A stretch of 64,000 bases of DNA from Geosiphon pyriformis uo1 (taxonomy: Eukaryota; Fungi; Glomeromycota): assembly GCA_016748015.1 (NCBI GenBank), contig JAAOMT010000760.1, positions 758,216 to 822,215 on the forward strand, written 5' to 3'. Below, in pieces: positions 53,533-64,000 of the stretch. The notes under the pieces were generated by a model, which did not search any database, was not told where the DNA came from, and worked only from the letters and a program-made list of their open reading frames with translations. Every line of letters starts with the position of its first letter. Position 1 is the stretch's first letter. The position numbers and the translations under genes are program-made.

Positions 53533-53948
53533 TAAAGTCCTGATAATTCAATGTTAACGGCATCATCCTTTTTGAAAGATGACAAAAATTACCAGTGTTC
53601 TCTTAAATTGGTACCTTAACCTTTCACAAATTCCCTTTATTACCTATAATACATTATTGTATGGCACAAGAACTGCAATTTAAGTCGCAGGAGAACTTTT
53701 GTGAAAGGCGATACAGTTTAACTTTGTATAGATATTGCATGGAAATCAGTCAAACCTAGCTCTAAGCTAATTTTAATAGCTTATATATCATTTTGTCGTT
53801 ATAAAAGAGAAGTTTTTCGGCGATCTAAAAAAAAATCCTCAACTTTTCTCACCAAGTTAAAACATCTAATCACTTCTTAAAATCAAACATATAATTTCTC
53901 AAATCTTGACAATATTTTTCCAAATTTTCACATATAAAGCATAGTAAA

Positions 53949-54602
53949 ATGTTTAAAAGTTATTTTCATATAAACAATCAATCAGAAGAAAGACAAAAAA
54001 TAAATTTAAAAATAATAAATTCTCCTAACGACAGGGCAACTGTGGATCCAATTTTCATGAATAACCTAATTAGAAAGATCGATAATGAAACTCTTCAGAA
54101 CATAAAAGATATATTAAACATTTCACTCACAACATTAATAACTCCAAAATGGAGATCCCGTAAAGGGCAAACTCCCCGTGCTCAAAATTCATTCCTACTG
54201 TATAGATGCAATATACAAGCCGCAATAGAAAATAAATTCAAAAATCAAGGTGAAATCTCAAGATTAGCATCGGATCGATGGAAGATAGAATGCCAGGAGA
54301 CGATAGCAATTTTTCAATTCCTGGCAGAATTGGCAAAAGAGGTGCATAATAACGTCTTTCCAGACTATAGTTTTAAGCCAAAAAAAAAGCAACCAAGCAT
54401 AATATCTTTTTCGGACAATCAAAATTATTCTAGGCAACATCGGAAAAGTCGTAATAAAATACATATATATAAATATCCTGATGAAAATTCCCATGATGAA
54501 TTTAAAGGAATAATTCTAATGGAACCTGATCTAGAAAAATTCAAACAAACAATGAATAAATTGTATGATCGGCGAACATGTTGGTCGTTTGGCCATCCAT
54601 AA
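53949..54602 (+). CDS. MATA_HMG-box family transcription factor (intronless, 217 aa)
   Basis: PRAQNSFLLYR...QGEISRLASDRWK.E......FQFLAELAKEVHNNVFPDYSFKPKKK is a typical MATA/SOX-TCF HMG box; TATAAA at 53799 upstream. Confidence 0.88.
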   Translation: MFKSYFHINNQSEERQKINLKIINSPNDRATVDPIFMNNLIRKIDNETLQNIKDILNISLTTLITPKWRSRKGQTPRAQNSFLLYRCNIQAAIENKFKNQGEISRLASDRWKIECQETIAIFQFLAELAKEVHNNVFPDYSFKPKKKQPSIISFSDNQNYSRQHRKSRNKIHIYKYPDENSHDEFKGIILMEPDLEKFKQTMNKLYDRRTCWSFGHP

Positions 54603-55949
54603 TATTTAATCAAAGATTTTAAAAGTTCTTGTGGCAAGTGATAGTGGATAACTTTTTTGAGGATCGCAAAAATTTTTTATTCAAGATCCCTAATATTAAT
54701 ACGAATATTAGTAAGTTGAGGTACGGTTTTTTTTTCCCACCCTTTTACTTTGTTCTCCATATTAAGACTTTAAAAAACAGTCCCATCCTTATCTTTTGCA
54801 AAAATTTATATTCATAATTATAGTCCCTCACAACTTTATTTGCAATTATATTTTGAGGGAAATTGTTATCACAAAATAATTTTTATTTAAATTTTCACCA
54901 GTTTTATATTATTTAGAAATATATTTTTATAATTAATATTAATCATATCGGACAATTATTGATGAGTGATTTTAGGATCACATTAATTAAATTGTTTACA
55001 TTTTTTTTTTAATAAATTAATATTGATTTAAATCTTTGAATATTTGAAACTTTGTTATAGGTTTTTTTATTATTGTTATTAATAAGAATCAGATATTTTT
55101 TAACGTAAATTAACAATAATTTTTTAAATATTTTCCGAGATTTTTATTGTTAATTATACACAACTTTGAATTGCTAAGATATTTTTTCTCTTTTTAATTG
55201 GAGCTTTTTCTCTAGCTGAAGGTTTTTTATTAGGACACCAATCTTAGTTATAAGCTCCAATTAATTTTTTCAGTTAAATAATTTTTAATTAATTAATTAA
55301 TTTTTTATTTAATAATTCTTTAATTATTTAATTTTTTCATTAATCTCTTTTTAATTGACAGATTTATTTCTAATGAGAATTATAAGAAAAGCTACAAAAT
55401 TAATTTAATTTTTGAATACTAAAAATAAAACTTTTTACATTAACTTTTAAACGGAATAAAAATAAAAAGTTTACATATATATAGTAAGTTTTTCTTAAGT
55501 TTTTATTGTTATCATAAATTATAGCATAATAAATTAATTTATATTCTATAATAAACCATTTTTTTGAATTTTATGTTTAAAAGCTACTAATTGAATATAA
55601 TGCTATTAAATTTTAAATATATTTACTAAAAATTATATTTTCATGTCCATTGAGAAAATATGAATTAATTAATTGACAAAAAATACAGCCAAAAAATATA
55701 AACATTAATAATATTTTAAGCCAAAAAATGAAGCAATCACATTTTTAATAATGTTTATAATAAATTTTCACAGTATGTTTTATATTATCATAATAAAATA
55801 AAAATTCACATGATCTAGAAAGTTGAGTTAATTACATGAATCTATATGTTCATGATTCTATGGAAAATTAAAATTCAAATGGTTCTTTTCAAGGTAATTT
55901 CTACCTTTTGGATCCTAATTAATGATCTCTGACAATATTTACAAAAATT

Positions 55950-56337
55950 TATAATCCAAACATTTTCTGTTTCTGTTACCGTTGTTGTTTCCATTATTAC
56001 TATCCCTATTATTGTTGCAATTATCACCACCACCACCCCATTATTGTTTCCGTTATTATAAACCTTATTATTGTTGCCGTTACCACCACCTCATCTCTCT
56101 TACTGTTGTTATTGCCATTGCTGTTGCCATTTAACCAAAATTTATTAAAGTTCCTGTTGTTGTTTCCGTTCTAACTACCCCTATTATTGTTGCCATTGTT
56201 ATTTCTATTGAAGCTTCCAAGGTTACCCATTGTTGTTTCCATTATCACTACACGTTTTTCATGGGTAGAAACGGTCGCAGTATAAGCGAGAAGTGCAGTA
56301 TAATACAAAGGAAATGATGTTAGAAGTTTGGGTGCAT
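55950..56337 (-). pseudogene. Frameshifted pseudogene of a small secreted Asn/Gly-repeat (NGNNN) protein
   Basis: Hydrophobic leader KLLTSFPLYYTALLAYTATVST followed by HEKR, then repeated NGNNN units in shifting frames with an in-frame TAG and a second KR. Confidence 0.45.
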
Positions 56338-56805
56338 ATTGAGAATTTCCTTTTTCTTAATAAAGATTACAATTAGAGAATAGTTTTCCTATGAAGTGAT
56401 CAAAAATGTGGGAATGAAGTTAGAGAATAGTTGTAAATTATTTACATAAAAAAAGTCATACCTTGTACATTTTCAATTTTCTTTTGATAATATTTTTTGT
56501 TCAATAAAAAAGTCATTAAATTCAAAGCTGAATTATTAAAGAAAAAATACGAATTTATTAAACAAAGCCCATTTGTAGTCATGATACCAATTTTAAATTA
56601 CGGTAATTTCAGGAAGATTAGTTTAAAACTATATTTATGTGGAATATTATTCGCCTTTAACTGGTCAAAAAAGTAGTTTTAACAGGAAACCAAATCAAGA
56701 CACTATAGAGTCGAGTAATTAAATAATTTTCAAGATTACAGAGACTCAATATAGGAATAATGTCGTAAGCGAAGGTGTTTTAATGAGGAATAACTTTTAG
56801 GTGAA

Positions 56806-56841
<36 letters not shown>
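56806..56841. repeat. (AAT)n microsatellite
   Basis: aataataataat... about 12 units. Confidence 0.85.
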
Positions 56842-59354
56842 TCCAAGATATTTAACTTGATCAACCATGAAATTTTTTGAAACGCCAAATTTTTGATATC
56901 ACAATTGAATCCACGAATTTTGAAATATTCTTAATAAAGGGAATTATAGTAATATCCATAAGATTAAATCTCTGATTCTTTTGGATATTGGAAGACTAAA
57001 AAGAATAAAAGTTGGCATAGTTCGAATGTAAAAGATTTAGGGCATTGATCTCAGCGACAATAAAACAGCGGAGCTTTGCATATTACGTAACCATGTTAAT
57101 TTTACTGATTATAATGTGTGCTGCCCAGTCCAGTGTTGAAAAGAAAAGGTATAGTTAGAAAAATAATACATTTACTAGCCAAAAAAAATAACGAACCAAT
57201 TATCTTTACTCTTTTCAAAATTTCAAGAATTTTCAAGGTTGAGAATTATTTACCTTGGTAAATACAAAATTACGTTATTCATGGTGAATATGATGTCGGC
57301 TATAAATTCCACTAGAAATAATGTGATAGAGACAACTGAAGACTTTTTTTAACCCAAAATGAATAAAAGTTATTATATATTCATTTAATTTTAAAAGTTA
57401 AAACAATAATTGCCACAATATAACTGTAAGAAATATTTCCTATAAGATATAGAGATGATATATCGAAGATCAATTCACGTTTTAACTTAGAATGAATACT
57501 AATGGGAGTAAACCATTTATTTTTATTCGTTGTATCTTGGCTATCCGCAATTTCCATGGGATTTTTAGAATCATTTGAAGTCGCCGGCCTGGCGATTCTA
57601 ATTTCGACTTATCAGGGTTATAATCAATGATTCTGATATGACTTCTTTCAACTGGAATTTGTAAAGTACAACAATTTTTGATAGGAAAAATTTGTATTGA
57701 GACGCAAAAGCTCAATCAGGGTGAGTTTTTTCTTTATCTTCTAAAGCATATAAACGAAATAAACGAAAGGAGGAATGAAGAATGAATGAATAAATGAATG
57801 AAATTCCTAGAGGGCAAAAACTAAAAAATACTTACCTGTTTTAAATTGACATATATCTCTATTAATTCACTTAATGGGCTTCATTATATTATATTGTGTA
57901 ACTTTCACGAAATTATTATCAACGACAATGAAATAATCTTTAGCTGGTTGATTAAAATGTGTTACTAAAAAAAAATCCACTACAATAATTCTATTATCTA
58001 GCTTCACAAGACAATTCTTTCTATAACACTCTGCCTCAGAATTGGTTCAATCTCATCGGTCTTGTTGATTTGATAAATAGAATATCATTATTTGACAATA
58101 AGATTTTGTCAGAATAAGTAAACATTTATTTGTTAATCCCAATTGAATCTGGCCGCCACGAAAGGTGAAAATATTACAATACATGATCCATTCCTTACCA
58201 TTTTTTGAAAAATATGGTAATTTTTAGTACATAAATACATACATAAATATGCCCTTTTATGATTAACAGCTAGAAAGTATTGTTTGGTAAGATAATAAAA
58301 TCAAACATCTCGATTCATTCCAGACTCTATTTTGATCATACAGGTTTACAACGAATACGTTTTCTTCCTTTATGGGGGTACCAGTTAATAATCAACCATA
58401 AACAGTGTAAATATTAATATTTTACTAAAAGATAATAATATAAAAATAATATTTGTCACTCTTGTTTCCATAAGTTTCATCTTCATTTAGGGAAAAAAAG
58501 AATATTGATCAAATAAAAATATGATTGTTCCATTTTGCTGCGTCATAGACATTTTTTCTTTCTAATTATCAATATTTCAATATTTTTTTGAAACTCATAG
58601 ATTGTAGAAATAGTGGTTCAAAATTTACAAATAAATTAATCAAAATTTCTGACGTGCAAATAAATTTATTTATAAATCTTTGAATGATACTTTTTTGAAT
58701 TTTTAATATTATTAATCTTGCAAAGATTTTAGCAAAAATTTGATTATTTTGGCTATTATTTAGTAATTAAAAAATATTTCAAGTAAATATATATTTTTCT
58801 TAAAAATGAATTATTCAAATTTTCAAAATTATAAAACTGATACTTTTTTACCAATTTTTTTAAAAAAAATAAAATTATGAGAGCTTGTATTCTTAAATAA
58901 ATTTTGGTCTAAAAGAAGTGACATTTTATTCATGTTAATTGTGAGAAATCTAATCTTTACATGTGTATAAATTATTTTATTTATTTCGAGAGCAAAAAAG
59001 AATTTTTGAATAAAAGGAAAAATAAAATAAATTCATTCACAAAAAACGATCATGAACTAAATTTTTGAGAGTTAAAGTTTTTCTATAATTAAACCAAAAA
59101 CTAAAATTCATTAAATATTTACAAAATTAATAAGGCTGGCTCGGAAATTAGTTTTTCCCAAAGTCAAAGACAAACAATTACTTATACATTGATTTGTTTA
59201 TATTTAGAACTTCAATATGTTTGTGATCATTCCAACCCCTCTCATTTGATTTTATTGTGGCAATATGTAAATAAACAATTTGAATTATTCTTTAAGAAAA
59301 TTTTTATTTAACTAAATATGAAAGGGTTACTTTTTCAAATTTATAAGGTCGAAA

Positions 59355-59471
59355 ATGTCAACTATAATTTTATCCTTTTTGTTGTTTTTATGTCTCATCT
59401 ACACTTTTTGTTTTCAAACTATTGCGGTTAAAGAGGAACAAAACCATGGTTTAAATGAAAATCGTGTTAAC

Positions 59472-59519
<48 letters not shown>

Positions 59520-60772
59520 CAGAAAATTCATTTTGAAAAAACTCAATTATCTTCATCTTTTAAACATAACCCAATTATCGTCGAACCCATTCAAAGAAGA
59601 GATTATAGACTATCCTTTAATTCGTCATTTCATATATTAGCCAGAAGCAATGATCATGGTGTAGCATTTGTAAAAGAGGTTGTTGACGATAAAAAGATTT
59701 TGGATCAACTATCTACGAGTGCAAGTTTTGCATGGGAAGCCTCTTGTCCAGAGGCCATGGCTGATAAAAAAGTCATTTTAAAAAATTTGGGCGGGAAAGT
59801 TTGGGGTTAGTAAATTTTAATTCTAAATTTTGAAAGTTTCCTACGAAGAAATTAAAACAACTTAATATTTCTAAATCATTGTTAAAACAGTCATGTTCTC
59901 GGAGACTACAATTGCTTTTGGGGCTGTGGAATATGATTTCAATTTTTTCACAACGGATTATACAAAGGACAAATGGGACATGGTTTCTTATCCACATGTA
60001 CAATATGGGTTTGTCTCCAACCTTTTTTATAGCCGTTGGGAACGTATGAAGGATTGGTTTTTGGAAAAATTAGGAAGATTCCAATTGAAAAATAAATCAG
60101 CATTCACATTGAACCACTATACATTTACAGGATTCGGTTATGGAGCTGGTAAAAGAATTTACTTTAACTTTTTAATATATAAACGATGATGATGATTTAC
60201 ATTGAAAATTTTTTAGTTTTCGCGGTATTTGCTGCACTCGAATATAAAAGAGCTCGTACGGAAGCATCAACAAGTCTTGTCACTTTCGGTCAGCCACGAA
60301 TTGGAAATGACATATTTGTTTACTACACGGAACACATGCTTCATAAAGTTTGGCGGGTTACTTATGGTGATGATTGGATGCCTAATTTTCCAATTCATGG
60401 CTTTGATCGCGCAAGAAAGAAGGTTGTAGGTAAATTAATAAGATCTCCCAGAATTATATACAAACATTTTAGACAGGAATTTTGGATAGAGCCTCCATGT
60501 GATTGTCCAGATCCAAAAATTTATTCATGTTATCATACGACTACTTTATATGAACACCAGGTATTTCTTGAATTTCACCATTGTTTATTTGAAAAAATGA
60601 TTCAAAAGCCATTTATCTGCTATTATTTTTTTAGGATTGCAATGCGAGAAGTTTTTTTGATATTATTTTATATGCAGGAATTAATTGGAAAGATAGAAAA
60701 AATCATTATGAAGAATCGAATGAGCATTTCGGACCATATTTCAAATACAAAATGACCCAAAATTGCTCTTAG
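59355..60772 (+). CDS. Secreted class-3 (fungal) lipase-fold protein, probably catalytically inactive (exons 59355-59805, 59891-60148, 60217-60560, 60635-60772)
   Basis: Signal peptide; VQYGF, FTGFGYGAV (GxSxG position), TFGQPRIGND, RVTYGDDWMPNFP, YKHFRQEFWI, EHFGPYF; GT-AG introns with consistent phases. Confidence 0.85.
59472..59516 (+). repeat. (TCA)15 coding microsatellite, poly-Ser in the lipase-like pro-region
   Basis: 15 perfect TCA codons in frame with the signal peptide. Confidence 0.9.
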
Positions 60773-63682
60773 ACGGTCAAAAATATCCGGAGGCTAAAAG
60801 AACCTTTCACGAAAATGAATATAATTTGTCTATACTGAAATTGTTTTAGAGATAAAGTCTAAACATATTATTATTATTATTATTATTGTATACTGAATTT
60901 TTGTTTGCGATAATTTTTTTTTGAAATGACGCCTAAAAATATATATATTAAAAATGCATTATTTGATAGAAATACTAATATTAAAATCATTAATCACAAT
61001 GATAATTTTATTTAAGGAATGTGGATGAAAATTCTCACTTTATTAAATGATTTAAAAACTTTAAGTAAAGATTTATATTCTGTAATATAAAGTATAAAAA
61101 TTAAACTAATTTGACCGTTTCTTTAGACCTTTAAAACTTTTTTATGTCCGTGTATTACTTGCGTAGGTTGAATTTTCTTTAATTTATGGTTGCTTCAAAT
61201 TTTATGGATTAACTTTATCTGATTTCAAATCTTTAAATATGTGATTACAGGGTCGAACAATAGAAAACTTGAAATCAAATCCACAATAAATTGCTCTCAA
61301 TATAACATTCTTTCTATATATGAATTATCATGCTGATTTTCCGCTCTTGGACGTGATAAAATATGATCGCAGCAGGAGTATCAATGTATTTAATATTGGT
61401 TTTAGTTCAAACTTGTATACAATGACTGAATCCTAATTTTGACTTTGTTCGTACAGCCATGTATTGGCTTTTTGGGTGTTGTGCATTAATACAGGAATAT
61501 CGAAGTTCATGAATACCTTGATTTCAAATTTATACTAAATATAAATACATCATTTAATTACAATTTTTTTCAACTGACACAACATAATGAAACCTATTTT
61601 TTAAAAGAAATTAAGTATTTTTTCCTATAATATTTTTAAAAAAAAGTAAGCAAATTTTTGATATAAATATTTTTATAAATATGATAGCTAAAAAAAAGTT
61701 TACAAATTCTTGTATTTTAAAATTTTTACTTAATAATAAACATTCTTTAAATCCCCTTTAATTATTTTAAATACATAATAACCAAAAAAAGCCATGTGTT
61801 TTTCTTTTTATTCCACAAGTTTTCTTATTTTTTATTGGGTAATTGAATTTTCATATATCATGATTCATTTTAATAATTATTATTATTAAGATTTATTGAC
61901 TAAAATAAAATAACAAGTTTTTTGCTTGTTTCAAGGCATAATATCTGATTGATAATAATTCACAAGTTAAAATTTTTGAAGGTTTTGAAATTTTTAGAGA
62001 ACTATGATTTATAGCTTTTTATATAAATAATAATTAATATTTCAGTAATAACAATATTATATAGTTGATCAAAATCAAATCAAATTTTAGACTTAAGATA
62101 AAGAATTGATTTTAAATATATTTTGTTATTTTGAGATTAAAAATACAAAGCTTATTTATTGAGTTGAAATAAATACTAAAAGTAAACTTTGTAATTTGAG
62201 TATTTTATTTTTATTTTTTAATATGCCGAATATATTCTTCCATTATTAAACGAGCTAATTAAATGTCGCTAACTAAAATATATAATGGTTGTTTTTGATT
62301 TTAATTCACACTGATTGGACGGTTTACGTCTGAATCAAAATGGAACCTAGAATTTCACGAAAAAAGGTTTTTCTGAGACACTTAAAACTCAATTAGATTT
62401 AATTTTCCAGTTAAAAAGGACCTATCGAAATCATTGATCATAAAAATGATAAATCGAGATTAGGATCATCAGGCCAAAAATTTCACGACTTTACCTTTCT
62501 TTAACAAGTGATCTAAAATAAATGATTCACTCCCATTAGCATTCATTCACATACGAATTTTTCATATGAGGCTTTCGGGTTTCAAGTTAAAGGTGAATAA
62601 ACATGAATTAATTTTAAATATTTAATTTTTATATCCTTTAATACTTTTTTAACAAATAGTTTTTTCAGCAAATTTTTGTGAAGAATATAAATTTTATTTA
62701 ATTGAAATTGCTATTATTGCACTAATATTAATAGGTCCTCTATATTTTATAAAAAAGTAAAATATCCCAAGGTATTTGTTTTTTTTTTGGCAGATAATTA
62801 TAATTTTAAGTTTTAAATGAATTGAATACTTAATAACTTTCATTTATTTAAAGTGATAGTTTTGCATTTGTTTTTGTAATATTAATTCTAGTCGATATCT
62901 AGGTAATATTTTATTCACTATTTCAGTTGCCTTTAATTCAAAAAGATTTATTTTTCTAAAATGCAAAAATATAATGTTACTAATAATTAAAATAAATAAA
63001 AGAAAATAATTTAATGTTTAATAGAAATTTGTTTTTAAAGAGTTACTATTTTAAAAGTGAGATTATATTTTGCTTGAAAACTTTTTACTCTTTTCGAGTC
63101 TCTTAAAGCTTCTATCTTTGACAGTTATTAAAAGTATTTTTTATATCATCGCACATTAAAAAACCAAAAGTTTCTAAATTTAATTAGCGGGAAACACAAA
63201 TACGCAATTAAAAGTTATATTTCTAAAACTATTCAGCTAAAGAACGTTTTATGACTTAAGTCTGTGGTAAATATCAAAACTTCAAAGATCACTTTTTGTT
63301 AAACCAGCTTATAATTACTGATGCTTATAATAAAAAAATTTATTCTTTTAACTTTATTGTGGGGTTTAAAATAGTAGGCTATAAAATATTTTGCCAGTGA
63401 AAATTTTTAACATAAGTAGCACAACCTTCAGAAAATGCATAATGAAATTGAACCTATTTTTTTTAATTTGAATAACTTCATACTCATTGACAAAAAAAGG
63501 CCACTGGACTACTTTTGAAGTTATTGGCATATAAAAAATATAAAAAGTTTCAAAATAGGGTCCATGATTTAACACACCATAAAATCTATATGTGCCAACA
63601 AATTCGCTAAGTTAAATATTTCTAGCTTTGCCATCTCTGTTTTGAGGTTTTTTATCAATCCATAAATGAGTATTTACACATA

Positions 63683-64000
63683 CATTGAGTGGACAAAAGT
63701 CACTAAACACTTTTTTTGTTTCTTTATTAAATATGTTTTATACATAATAATTAATAATAATTTGGTCCTCCCTTCTTCTTTATACATTTTTCAACATGTT
63801 TAAACATACTAAAAATCAAATTTTTATAAATTTCTGAGGAAATTTTGCTCCATTTATCTTGTAATGTCATGAATAATTCCAAAATATTTGTGAGTTGCAG
63901 ATTTCATTTTTTGAGTTGTTTTTGTAAATAGTTTTTTACATATTCTATAAAATTGAAATTGGGCAATTGTGCTGGCCATTTGGGGAGTAATTTGATGTTT
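63683..64000 (-). mobile_element. Tc1/mariner (Tc1-like) transposon relic: transposase C-terminus (64000-63751) and terminal repeat; continues beyond window
   Basis: Minus-strand translation KWPAQLPNFNFIEYV...LQDKWSKISSEIYKNLIFSMFKHVEKCIKKKGGPNYY* matches Tc1 WPxQSPDLNPIE...W..I.......SM.......KGG..Y. TA (63681-63682) is followed by the TIR-like cattgagtggacaaaagt. Confidence 0.8.

Noticed and set aside
53372-53566. ORF with poly-Tyr/poly-Cys (metallothionein-like look)
   Set aside because: Antisense reading of a CAA/TAA microsatellite.
59455-59640. Poly-His ORF
   Set aside because: Alternative frame of the (TCA)15 poly-Ser tract in the lipase-like gene.

Overview
Very AT-rich, intron-containing eukaryotic (fungal) genomic DNA. 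The gene and repeat content (MATA-type HMG box, secreted class-3 lipase-like gene, RNase H-bearing LINE, Ty3/Gypsy) suggests Glomeromycotina, plausibly Geosiphon-like; this is an inference, not a database result. Four host genes are supported: a GPI-anchored BIM1/X325-like copper-binding protein (2556-3350, -), a SIP3/LAM1-like BAR-PH-GRAM-VASt sterol-transfer protein (~7635-13349, +), an intronless MATA_HMG-box factor (53949-54602, +) and a secreted lipase-3-fold protein lacking the nucleophile serine (59355-60772, +). The centre (about 22-48 kb) is a nested transposon graveyard. It holds an old LINE ORF1 relic and a degenerate full-length LINE (APE-RT-RNase H). The LINE is split by a younger Ty3/Gypsy LTR retrotransposon (30935-39769, TSD ACGT). 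A complete-boundary hAT relic follows (44326-47620, 8-bp TSD TACTTATG), and a Tc1 relic runs off the right edge. Two observations stand out. First, the Gypsy polyprotein has an unusual architecture: Gag-protease-[~200 aa Cys-rich domain I cannot assign]-dUTPase-[dUTPase-like fold]-RT-RNase H-integrase. Second, repeats show near-exclusive C:G>T:A mutation in CpG and non-CpG contexts, which resembles RIP or methylation-driven genome defence. The Gypsy region contains N gaps with duplicated, mis-ordered contigs.
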